DNA of 64,000 nucleotides from Acidimicrobiales bacterium (GTDB lineage Bacteria; Actinomycetota; Acidimicrobiia; Acidimicrobiales; Bin134): NCBI GenBank assembly GCA_965208505.1, contig OZ242339.1, positions 1,819,162 to 1,883,161 of the forward strand, read 5' to 3'. Shown piece by piece: positions 9,501 to 16,489 of this stretch (position 1 is its first letter; each line of letters starts with the position of its first letter). The notes under the pieces were generated by a model. It saw only the letters and a program-made list of their open reading frames with translations, ran no database searches and was not told where the DNA came from. The position numbers and the translations under genes were made by a program.

Positions 9501-10742
9501 CGCCGCTACCCGCCCGGCGAGTGCCACCTGTACGCCTTGGATTCCGGTACCGGACAACTGGCCCCGCTGGAGGGTCTGCCCCATTGCGGCGCGGTAGTGA
9601 GTCCTGATGAGCGCGACCGAATTCGGCGGCTCATCCGACGGTTGGAAGACGAGCTCGACCGGCGGATGGGCCAAGGTCGGACATCCCAGGAGTCCAGCCG
9701 CCCGCTCGTGGTGGCTTTGATCGACAACTGGGGCGGCTTGGCCAAGAGCCTGGACAACGTGTCCGACCTCGCTTTGCTGACTGCGCTGGAGCGGGTGTGG
9801 TCTGAGGGTCCCGCCGTTGGCCTGTATCTGGCCGCGGCCGCCGACCAGCTGTCCAAGGTGAATCGGGCTATCCAGGCGGCCACCCCCCAGACCTTCGTGT
9901 TCCGCCTGGGCGATCCCGCGCTGTACCGCCAGTGGGGTGTGGCCGTGGAAGACCCGACCACACTTCCCCCCGGCCGGGGTTTCACCATCCCATCGGGCAT
10001 CGAGCTCCAAGTGGCGGTGCCCGAAGGCGGTCTGGCCCGCGCCGTTGTCGAATTAACTGCCAAACACCCCCGGACTCACGGCCCGCCGCCGGTTGAGACT
10101 CTGCCCGCGGTGGTCGACCCGGCCCGCTTGGACCCAGCCTGCCTGAAGGGTTCCCCGGCGTATCTACCGCTGGGGCTGAGCGACGACTCCCTGACCCCGG
10201 TTGGGCTCACCCTCTACCCCAGCGAGCATGCCCTGATCTTGGGACCTGCTCGCTCGGGCCGGTCCTCGGCTCTAGCTCTGTTGGCCGCGTTGGCAGCTGA
10301 CCGCGGCGGGCAGGTATTCGCCCTGGCCAACCAGGAATCGCCGCTGGCCGAAAGCCCCAATGTCAATCTTGTGACCGACGTCGGCGAGCTGCTCACCGCC
10401 GTACACGCAGCCGAGCCCCCAACCCTGGTGCTGATCGACGACGCCGAGACGGTAGGCGACCCCGACGGGGCCCTGAAAGCACTGGCCTCCGATAGCCGCC
10501 CCAGCCTGCACATCGTGGCCGCCGGCCGTGCCGACCGACTCCGCACCGCCTACGGCCACTGGACCTCCGAGATCCGCTTCTCCCGCACCGGAGTCCTGCT
10601 GCAACCCACCCCCCTCGACGGCGACCTGTTCACCATCCAACTCCCCACTCGCCCCACCCTCCCGTCACTACCCGGCCGCGGCTACCTCATCCAAAACGGC
10701 CAACCCTCGATCATCCAGCTCGCAAAGCACAGGACAACTTGA
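6585..10742 (+). CDS. eccC: Type VII secretion EccC/EssC-like FtsK/SpoIIIE-family ATPase (three P-loop domains) with a predicted N-terminal ubiquitin-like and FHA region
   Basis: 1385 aa, GTG start. FHA-like segment GYRYRIPAEGLSLGRSPDADATLTDVGLRPHHARIERRD. Two TM helices (FGWAALAGPLLVGLLMAVLY and MALFALLSPLMMGANWF). Walker A LVGGTTGSGKSELL with Walker B LVVIIDEFAAL. Second domain FVGIPGSGTTTALG with LVVALIDNWG. Third domain LILGPARSGRSSAL with TLVLIDDAETV. Confidence 0.88.
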   Translation: MRLFYDGPEGAREVSIIGGLPATVGDLAEILDLPPPAEGLWVGDQWMAPERRIDDAGVTDGARVGVRPGPEPDKPGWALEVTGGLCAGYRYRIPAEGLSLGRSPDADATLTDVGLRPHHARIERRDQLILAQIGDKEPIAVDVSTPMRLGGALVQVSVAPDDRPNRLLGRTASGKIAFNRPPRPALCEPPEPLIAPSEGPERSPRTAAFGWAALAGPLLVGLLMAVLYSPYMALFALLSPLMMGANWFDNRRRDRSDRRRSRRKVQASLVNFQIAAEAAHAAEIRRRRDLHPHLAEAVRRIRQPSVRLWERRPAHDDFMALVAAHGPLPFTPNMAVDGPQPSEAVAAAIDQLGPLPDSPIAVDLRAGQLLGLVGPRSATTAMARGLLIQAASFHGPADLAVLVAADEVTQPAWAWASWLPHTVHPSVGRSCLLSDHRSAAAEISAELTDAWTQKGDAHWPQLLVVVDGENLATGRTPPLRPLLQGLAGPVCAIVLASSVDQLPASSTAVIEARDASGTVNLSQSGQTFPSVLATGMDLGLSRSAARGLARYEDPEQPGVDSAISDRMSLFDLLGLPAPEGDNASQQLSEAVAARWRQAGHADSLAAPIGVDGHGPLLADLAADGPHALVGGTTGSGKSELLRTLVAALAATYSPEQVNFVLIDYKGGSAFDACASLPHVVGLVTDLDDRLAERALRCLEAELRYREHMLRDRGATDLAHYRSLAQTWSGPTWPPLARLVVIIDEFAALAAELPGFMDSLVNVAQRGRSLGMHLVLATQRPAGAVSANIRTNTALRIALRVLDAADSVDVLDSPEAATIGRHRPGRAYARFGPGELVEFQCALVTGVTAAQRGPRVVPAPDGIPESEPEAATDDESPDDLSRLAFAVNTAWDCWEGVPPRQPWPDPLLSKVSLDELTADGVSAAGVALALADDPNRQCQYPLTWDPTEGNALFVGIPGSGTTTALGSLALALARRYPPGECHLYALDSGTGQLAPLEGLPHCGAVVSPDERDRIRRLIRRLEDELDRRMGQGRTSQESSRPLVVALIDNWGGLAKSLDNVSDLALLTALERVWSEGPAVGLYLAAAADQLSKVNRAIQAATPQTFVFRLGDPALYRQWGVAVEDPTTLPPGRGFTIPSGIELQVAVPEGGLARAVVELTAKHPRTHGPPPVETLPAVVDPARLDPACLKGSPAYLPLGLSDDSLTPVGLTLYPSEHALILGPARSGRSSALALLAALAADRGGQVFALANQESPLAESPNVNLVTDVGELLTAVHAAEPPTLVLIDDAETVGDPDGALKALASDSRPSLHIVAAGRADRLRTAYGHWTSEIRFSRTGVLLQPTPLDGDLFTIQLPTRPTLPSLPGRGYLIQNGQPSIIQLAKHRTT

Positions 10743-10987
10743 TGCCGCCACCAATTCGCTTTCGATCACTCAAAGCCGAAGAGCTGCGGTCCATGTTGTT
10801 CAAAGCTGGATTTGAAGCTGCGGGTACGAAGCGCAAGAGGGGCTCGCATCAACGACTTCGCCATCCAGATGGCAGAACTGTCACGTTCTTCTTTCACAAA
10901 GGGGTGACTGTTGGACCTGAACAGGTCAAACGTCTTCTGGTCGACAAGGCAAGGCTGAACGAGGACGAGATCAGGAGGATATTGTGA
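10739..10987 (+). CDS. hicA: HicA-family mRNA interferase toxin
   Basis: About 81 aa. LKAEELRSMLFKAGFEAAGTKRKRGSHQRLRHPDGRTVTFFFHKGVTVGPEQVKRLL matches the HicA/YcfA pattern, including the GSH motif. The likely ATG at 10742 overlaps the eccC TGA stop (TGATG). G+C is visibly lower than in the neighbours. Confidence 0.75.
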   Translation: MMPPPIRFRSLKAEELRSMLFKAGFEAAGTKRKRGSHQRLRHPDGRTVTFFFHKGVTVGPEQVKRLLVDKARLNEDEIRRIL

Positions 10988-11247
10988 ACAACATCTGCTC
11001 CCCCGAAAGCGAGGAATCCCCGATGAGGGAAGTGAGGGTCTTCTTCAACTCTGAAGAGGGTGCCGACTGGTGGTGCGAAGATGACGGTGACTTCATGGCG
11101 GTCGCTGATACCCCCGTACAACTCATGGAGTTGATCAGGACATGGCAAACCAGCCAGGGTATTGCCGACGTGCAACTTGTTCCGGTGGGCGTAGCCTCAG
11201 ACGTCGTTGCGGAGGAGGTCTTGGTGGGTCTCGCGGCGGACGACTAG
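10984..11247 (+). CDS. hicB: HicB-like (DUF1902-like) antitoxin candidate
   Basis: The GTG start overlaps the hicA stop (GTGA); an alternative ATG is at 11023. VRVFFNSEEGADWWCEDDGDFMAVADTPVQLMELIR resembles the HicB N-terminal/DUF1902 pattern. Position downstream of hicA is canonical. The last 17 codons overlap the lysA 3' end on the opposite strand. Confidence 0.5.
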   Translation: MNNICSPESEESPMREVRVFFNSEEGADWWCEDDGDFMAVADTPVQLMELIRTWQTSQGIADVQLVPVGVASDVVAEEVLVGLAADD

Positions 11248-12471
11248 GCGGGCGTCGCCGTTGCGGGCGAATACCACGGCGGGGCGGAGGACCTTGTTGT
11301 AGTTGGAGCCCATGGAGTGGCCGTAAGCGCCGGTCACCGGGGTGGCGAGGATGTCGCCCACCGCGATGTCGCTCGGCACCCAACCGTCTCGCACCAACAG
11401 GTCGCCCGACTCGCAATGCTTGCCCACCACCCGCGCTGCCTTATCGCGTTCGCGGTCGACCGCCCTCGGCAGGAACGTCTCATAGCCGCTGCCGTAGAGC
11501 ACTGGACGGGGGTTGTCGCTCATGCCGCCGTCCACCGAGATGTAGGTGCGGATGCCAGCCAGTTCCTTGATCGTTCCCACCTCGTAGAGCGTGACCGCGG
11601 CAGCCGCCACCAGGGCCCGGCCCGGTTCCACGCTCACCGGAGCGGTGAAGCCGACCGAAGCGCAGGCCTCGGCGATCGCCGCAGCCCACTCAGCAATGGT
11701 GGGGGCCGACTCCCCCTCCACGTAGGCCACTCCCAAGCCGCCGCCCAGGGACAGCTCGGGCAGGCCATAGGGCTGGGCGAATCCGGCGATCACCTCCACC
11801 GCCCGCTGGAACGAGCTCAGCTCGAACACCTGGCTGCCGATGTGGGCGTGCAGGCCCACCAGCTCCACCGAGTCAGCCTCCCGGGCCCGGCGGATGGCGG
11901 CGTCGGCCAGCCCGGTGGTGGCGGTGAAGCCGAACTTGGTGTCGTTCACTCCGGTGGTGACGTACTCGTGGGTGTGGGCCTCCACTCCCGGGGTGATCCG
12001 CAGCAGCACTTCGGGGCGGGCGCCGGTGGAGGCGTGGAGGGCGTCGAGGCGGTCGAGCTCGTCAAACGAGTCCACCACGATGCGGCCGACTCCGGCCTCG
12101 ACTGCGGCAGCAAGCTCATCGGCCGACTTGTTGTTGCCGTGCATCACCATGCGGTCGCCGGGCACGCCAGCGGCTTGGGCCACATATAGTTCCCCACCGG
12201 TGGCCACATCGATGTCGAGCCCCTCCTCGTGCACCAAGCGGGCCATGGCAAGGCATAGGAACGCCTTGGAGGCATAGGCCACCGATCCAGCGAAGGCGGC
12301 CCTGGCTTGGCGGCACCGCTCCCGCATGTGGTCCTCGTCGTACACAAAAAGCGGGGTCCCGAACTGCTCAGCCAACTCCAGCGTGTCGCATCCGGCGATG
12401 GACAATCGTCCGTCGCCGTCCACCGAGGCGTTGTCGGGCAGAAGGTGCAGGGGAAGCGCCGACATCGCCAT
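11197..12471 (-). CDS. lysA: Diaminopimelate decarboxylase
   Basis: 424 aa. TPLFVYDEDHMRERC.., the PLP-fold barrel and the CESGD motif (GKHCESGDLL) are typical of LysA. Sits directly downstream of argS. Confidence 0.95.
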   Translation of the reverse strand: MAMSALPLHLLPDNASVDGDGRLSIAGCDTLELAEQFGTPLFVYDEDHMRERCRQARAAFAGSVAYASKAFLCLAMARLVHEEGLDIDVATGGELYVAQAAGVPGDRMVMHGNNKSADELAAAVEAGVGRIVVDSFDELDRLDALHASTGARPEVLLRITPGVEAHTHEYVTTGVNDTKFGFTATTGLADAAIRRAREADSVELVGLHAHIGSQVFELSSFQRAVEVIAGFAQPYGLPELSLGGGLGVAYVEGESAPTIAEWAAAIAEACASVGFTAPVSVEPGRALVAAAAVTLYEVGTIKELAGIRTYISVDGGMSDNPRPVLYGSGYETFLPRAVDRERDKAARVVGKHCESGDLLVRDGWVPSDIAVGDILATPVTGAYGHSMGSNYNKVLRPAVVFARNGDARLVVRRETHQDLLRNDV

Positions 12472-12475
12472 TCCC

Positions 12476-14110
12476 CTACATCGACTCCGGCGCGCTCACG
12501 CCGAGGGTGCCTAGGCCCGCGGCCAGGCCCACTCGTGCGGCGTCTATCAGCACGAGACGGGCTTGAGTGAGCTCGGGGGGGATGTCGGCTCCCACCACGT
12601 AGCAGTCGTGATAGAAGCTGTGAACCGCCGCGGCGAAATCCCGCAGCCATGTGGTTACCCGGTGGGGGGCTCGCTCGCTGGCCGCGGCGGCGATCACCTC
12701 GCCCAATATGGAGAGCTGGCGCATGATTTCCAACTCCCGCTCGTGAACCAGCACGCCCAAGTCCACCTGGTCGGCGCTCTGGCGAACCACCCCCTCGGCT
12801 CGGGCGCGGACCGCTATTGAGCACACTCGAGCATGGGCCATCTGCACGTAGAACACCGGGTTCTCCATCACCTGGGCGGCGGCCTTGGCCAAATCGAAGG
12901 TCGGAGCGGTATCCATCGACTGGAGCAGGTAGGTGAACCGGGCGGCGTCGGCCCCAACCTCGTCGATCACGTCGCGAAGCTCGATGAGGTCGCCAGTGCG
13001 CTTGGACAGCCGCACCTCTTCGCCGTCGCGCTCTAGGCGCACCAACTGGGTGACCACCACCTCCAAGCTGGCTGGGTTGCAGCCCAGCGCGGCCATGGCC
13101 GCCTTCATCCGGGCGACATACCCGTGATGGTCGGCCCCCCACACGTTGACCAGCAGACCTTGCGAATCGGCCCGTTCGAGCTTGTCGCGGTGATAGGCGA
13201 TGTCGGGCAGCAGGTAGGTGTACTCCCCGTCGGACTTGATCAGCACCCGGTCTTTGTCGTCACCGTGGTCACTGGAGCGCAGCCACAAAGCACCGTCTGA
13301 TTCGTAGGATGCTCCGGCGGCGTCGAGCGCGGCCAGCGTGTCTTTGATGGTGCCCGAGTCCACCAGGACCTGCTCGCTGAACCAAGTGTCGAACTCCACC
13401 GCCATCGAGCCCAGTACTTCCTGCTGATCGGCGAGAGCCCTCTCCCTCCCCCACTGGCGGGGGTCGGCGTCGGCGGGCATATCCCCAGCCCAGTCGACGA
13501 TGTACTGGCCGTTGTAGCCGTCCTCGGGCACCGGCTGACCCTCCCGGGCCGCAGCCAGAGAGGCCGCGTACAGCTCCATCTGAGTGCCTCGGTCGTTGAT
13601 GTAGAACTCCCGCTGCACGTCATAGCCGCACCACTCCAGCAACCGGGCCACCGCGTCGCCGTAGGCCGCTCCCCTGCCGTGTCCGGCGTGAACCGGCCCG
13701 GTGGGGTTGGCGCTCACAAATTCCACAATCACCGTGCGGCCCGCGCCCAGGTTCTGGCGGCCGTAGCCTTCGGCACCAGCGGCCACTGCGTCGGCCACCA
13801 CTCCGTGCAGCCAACTCGGCGCCAGCTTGAAGTTGACGAACCCAGGGCCGGCCACGCTCACCTCGGCCACATGCTCCGGCTGGTTCTCCTCCAGCCAAGC
13901 GGCCAGCTCCCCAGCCAACTCCCGAGGGTTGCGCTCTACTCGCTTGGCTACAGCCAGCGCAGCGTTCGACGACCAGTCCCCGTGCTCACGCCGCGCCGGT
14001 CGTTCCAGCCCCACTGAGAAGCCAGCAGGCAGGTCAACGCCCGCGGCCACGAGCGCGGCCCGCAGGGCGTCAGAAAGAGAGGTGCGAATATCAGCCATGA
14101 ACTGGCACAT
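12476..14110 (-). CDS. argS: Arginine--tRNA ligase
   Basis: 544 aa. Class I HIGH-type motif ANPTGPVHAGHGRGAAYGDA and a C-terminal DALR anticodon-binding region. An alternative ATG is at 14098 (MADIRTSL). Confidence 0.95.
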   Translation of the reverse strand: MCQFMADIRTSLSDALRAALVAAGVDLPAGFSVGLERPARREHGDWSSNAALAVAKRVERNPRELAGELAAWLEENQPEHVAEVSVAGPGFVNFKLAPSWLHGVVADAVAAGAEGYGRQNLGAGRTVIVEFVSANPTGPVHAGHGRGAAYGDAVARLLEWCGYDVQREFYINDRGTQMELYAASLAAAREGQPVPEDGYNGQYIVDWAGDMPADADPRQWGRERALADQQEVLGSMAVEFDTWFSEQVLVDSGTIKDTLAALDAAGASYESDGALWLRSSDHGDDKDRVLIKSDGEYTYLLPDIAYHRDKLERADSQGLLVNVWGADHHGYVARMKAAMAALGCNPASLEVVVTQLVRLERDGEEVRLSKRTGDLIELRDVIDEVGADAARFTYLLQSMDTAPTFDLAKAAAQVMENPVFYVQMAHARVCSIAVRARAEGVVRQSADQVDLGVLVHERELEIMRQLSILGEVIAAAASERAPHRVTTWLRDFAAAVHSFYHDCYVVGADIPPELTQARLVLIDAARVGLAAGLGTLGVSAPESM

Positions 14111-14148
14111 GGTACCGGCGCCCCTCTGGGTATACTTACCCAGTTACT

Positions 14149-14221
14149 GCCCACGTAGCTCAGGGGATAGAGCACTTGCCTCCGGAGCAAGGGGTCGCAG
14201 GTTCGAATCCTGCCGTGGGCG
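14149..14221 (+). tRNA. tRNA-Arg (anticodon CCG)
   Basis: Hand-folded cloverleaf. Acceptor gcccacg/cgtgggc, D arm gctc-aggggata-gagc, anticodon arm cttgc-ctCCGga-gcaag, variable loop gggtc, T arm gcagg-ttcgaat-cctgc, discriminator g. CCA is not encoded. Confidence 0.93.
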
Positions 14222-14228
14222 CTTCCGG

Positions 14229-14644
14229 TTCAACGAACGCGAGTGGCGCATCCCCGCCGACAAGATGAAAGCCGCGACCGAGCACTGGGTGCCCCTCAGC
14301 GACGCCGCCCTCGAAGTGTTGGACGAGGCCAAAGGCAACCACGACGGCTCCGATCTGGTGTTCCCCTCCCCCCCCCCCTCAGGCCGGGCCGCCCCCTGTC
14401 GGACATGACGCTCACGAAAATCCTGCGCGACGCCGGCCTCGCGGAGCGGGCCACCGTCCACGGATTCAGAGCCAGCTTCCGCACCTGGGCACTGGAGCAA
14501 ACCGACACCCCCTGGGCAGTCGCAGAAGCAGCACTCGCCCACACCCTCGGCGACTCAACCCAACAGGCCTACATCCGAGGCGACGCCTACACCAAACGCC
14601 GCAACCTCATGGACCAATGGGCCCAATACATCCAGCGGCCATAG
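14229..14644 (+). pseudogene. int: Tyrosine recombinase (P4-type integrase) fragment: only the C-terminal catalytic ~140 aa remain, and they are frameshifted
   Basis: FNEREWRIPADKMKAATEHWVPLSDAALEVLDEAKGNHDGSDLVFPSPP is in one frame. GRPLSDMTLTKILRDAGLAERATVHGFRASFRTWALEQTDTPWAVAEAALAHTLGDSTQQAYIRGDAYTKRRNLMDQWAQYI is in the next. The frames switch at an 11-C homopolymer (14368-14378). No N-terminal SAM-like/arm-binding part is present. Confidence 0.85.
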
Positions 14645-14799
14645 GCGGGCGGGCTGCCCTGGTGGCGGCAGGAGGGGCGCCGGCGGACCACGCGGCCGGG
14701 ACTCGGGCAATTGCGGGCGGGGGCTTGGTGGCACTTCGCAGAGTGGGTTTCGGGGCTGCCGACTGGAGGCAGCCGCATTGGCGGGAGGCGCCCCTTCTA

Positions 14800-14836
14800 G
14801 TGGTGGGGCTTTGGGGTAGCCCCAAAACCCCACCAC
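14800..14836. repeat. Near-perfect 37-nt palindrome (17-bp stem with one mismatch, 3-nt loop)
   Basis: gtggtggggctttgggg-tag-ccccaaaaccccaccac, read directly from the sequence. Lies inside the island, downstream of the integrase fragment. Confidence 0.9.
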
Positions 14837-14997
14837 ATGACGGGATCCCCTGAAACCCAGTGTTCGCCGCAACCGCCAACCCCTGCTAGCCTCCCCACTT
14901 CCCAAAAAGAACCCCCATCACTCGACGCGGTTTCCGATGATCGCCAGCGGGATCGGAAGACACGACCGAAGGACAGACGATTGCAGAGGAGGCCAGC

Positions 14998-15498
14998 TTG
15001 ACGCAGCGGGAACGACAGATGGCGCTCGACATACTCTGTGACAACATTCGGGGCGACTACAGCGAAGCCAGAGACGATAGAAGGGCCCTGCCGCGACAAG
15101 CCGTGGACAACGCATCCGTAGAGTCGCTGCGTGCCTTTGCTGAGATCCACGAGGAGTTCTCCCGCCTGGTCGGTCCCAGCCACATCAGGACGAGGTACAC
15201 AGATCAAACGGCAACGGGAGGCTATGGCGTTTCCTACTATCGGGATCCGATCATCAGTAAGAAGACCAACCGAACCAATCTTGAGATTCAGACAATATGC
15301 CTCCCAACGAAACCCAAGTGGAGAGGTGTTCTCGAAGTCTATTTCAGCGGTCATGCCCAAGCGCCGGTGGAGTCTGCGGACATCGAGACCAAGGGGCGCC
15401 GTGCGGGACAGCCGGTCTACCGCGTGAGGAATGCGCCCACTCCCCAATTCGTCAGCCAGATAATCGACGCGTTCGGTCGCAGCTCAATCCTGAGCTGA
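14998..15498 (+). CDS. Hypothetical protein (island orphan)
   Basis: 166 aa with balanced composition (MTQRERQMALDILCDNIRGDYSEARDD..). G+C is lower than the surroundings. A hairpin follows (tcccgaaa..tttcggga, about 15508-15540). I recognise no family. A competing antisense ORF (14797..15447) looks less protein-like. Confidence 0.45.
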   Translation: MTQRERQMALDILCDNIRGDYSEARDDRRALPRQAVDNASVESLRAFAEIHEEFSRLVGPSHIRTRYTDQTATGGYGVSYYRDPIISKKTNRTNLEIQTICLPTKPKWRGVLEVYFSGHAQAPVESADIETKGRRAGQPVYRVRNAPTPQFVSQIIDAFGRSSILS

Positions 15499-15635
15499 CG
15501 CCGGCGTCCCGAAATAAGTCAGGCAGGAGGGTTTCGGGGAGCGCCTACAGCCCAGTCCCGAGGATCACCAGACCCTCCGGCCATGTCAGGGCCGTTCAGT
15601 GCCGTCTTCCATGCTCTGGGCCCCCGCCCGGGGGT

Positions 15636-16489
15636 TCAGAGGTCAAGGCCGGGGCGATGAGACTCGGGGCCGGCGACGATGTCTCCGATAGTGGCTGCAT
15701 GGGCGTTGAGGGCACGTTGTGCGGAGTCGGTGACAGCGTTGAGGAAGGCGGCGAAGTCTCGCTGCGAATCTTGGATCATTCCTGTTTGGGTGATCTCTGC
15801 CCATCTGTCGGCCAGTTCGGTTTCGTGTTGGTACGCGTTGTCGAACAGGATGTCGAACCAGTCTCGGCCCGCTGTTGAGGGGTGTGCAGCTTGGTGGCGT
15901 GCGGTGAACTCGTCGAGGGCGGCGCCGGTGTCTATAGAGGGGTCTTGGAGGAGGCGGTACAGGTCGTAATAGTCGCGTGGGGCGAGGCGGCGCGGGTCTG
16001 CAATGCAATCGAGCTTTGCTGCCAGCACCGAAGCCGGCGAGTATCCCAGGATGGGATTGGCAGTGTCGATCTGGGGGATCGGCCCAAGATGGTCCACGGC
16101 ACAGCAATCGGTGGGGCCCCTGGGTGGCGGCGCGATTTGACGTCGGTGTAGATGACGCCGGTAGTAGCTTCGGGCAGCTCCCAGTAGATGTTGAGCTTGT
16201 TGGCGCCCCATTTCGTGTCGAACGCGGTCCCATAAGCCCTCGACGCTCGTATGAGCACTAGGTCGAAGAATTCGTGAATGGCCTGTTTGCTGTCGTCGGC
16301 GTGGATCCAGTCGAAGTCCAGGTCCTCTGAGAACCGCCAGTCGTGGCGGTAGCAGACACGCAGCAGGGTCCCGCCCTTGAACACCACCCGCGGGACCCTT
16401 TGTTGGCGGGCGGCGATTGCGGAGATGATCTGATGCTGGACCAGATCGGCCGGCTCCCATCGGCTGTGCCGGCTCGTAGGGGGGCTCAT
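15636..16489 (-). pseudogene. abiEii: AbiEii/AbiGii-family nucleotidyltransferase toxin (DUF1814), frameshifted
   Basis: The N-terminal half (ORF 15932..16489) carries FKGGTLLRVCYRHDWRFSEDLDFDW. The C-terminal half is in another frame (tail of ORF 15636..16934): ILGYSPASVLAAKLDCIADPRRLAPRDYYDLYRLL. The frames join near the ggggcccc run at about 16110-16125. 4-nt overlap with the abiEi stop. Confidence 0.75.

Noticed and set aside
5745-11250. Direct repeats or att-like sites flanking the T7SS-like cassette; transposase or integrase inside it
   Set aside because: I compared the AT-rich left junction (5745-5806) with the right junction (about 11150-11200) and saw no shared repeat. No recombinase-like ORF is present, so the insertion mechanism cannot be stated.
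12144-13142. 332-aa minus-strand ORF overlapping lysA and argS in another frame
   Set aside because: Extreme Arg/Gly/Pro content with no motifs. The argS and lysA frames explain the region.
13827-14228. 5' part of track ORF 13827..14408, reading antisense to the argS 5' end and through tRNA-Arg
   Set aside because: It runs across a well-folded tRNA. Only the segment from about 14229 onward shows integrase homology, so the rest is a read-through artefact.
14797-15447. 216-aa minus-strand ORF competing with 14998..15498
   Set aside because: Its composition is less protein-like (Arg/Gly/Ser-rich N-terminus and Trp/Gly-rich tail), and the plus-strand ORF is followed by a hairpin. Kept only as an alternative in the findings.
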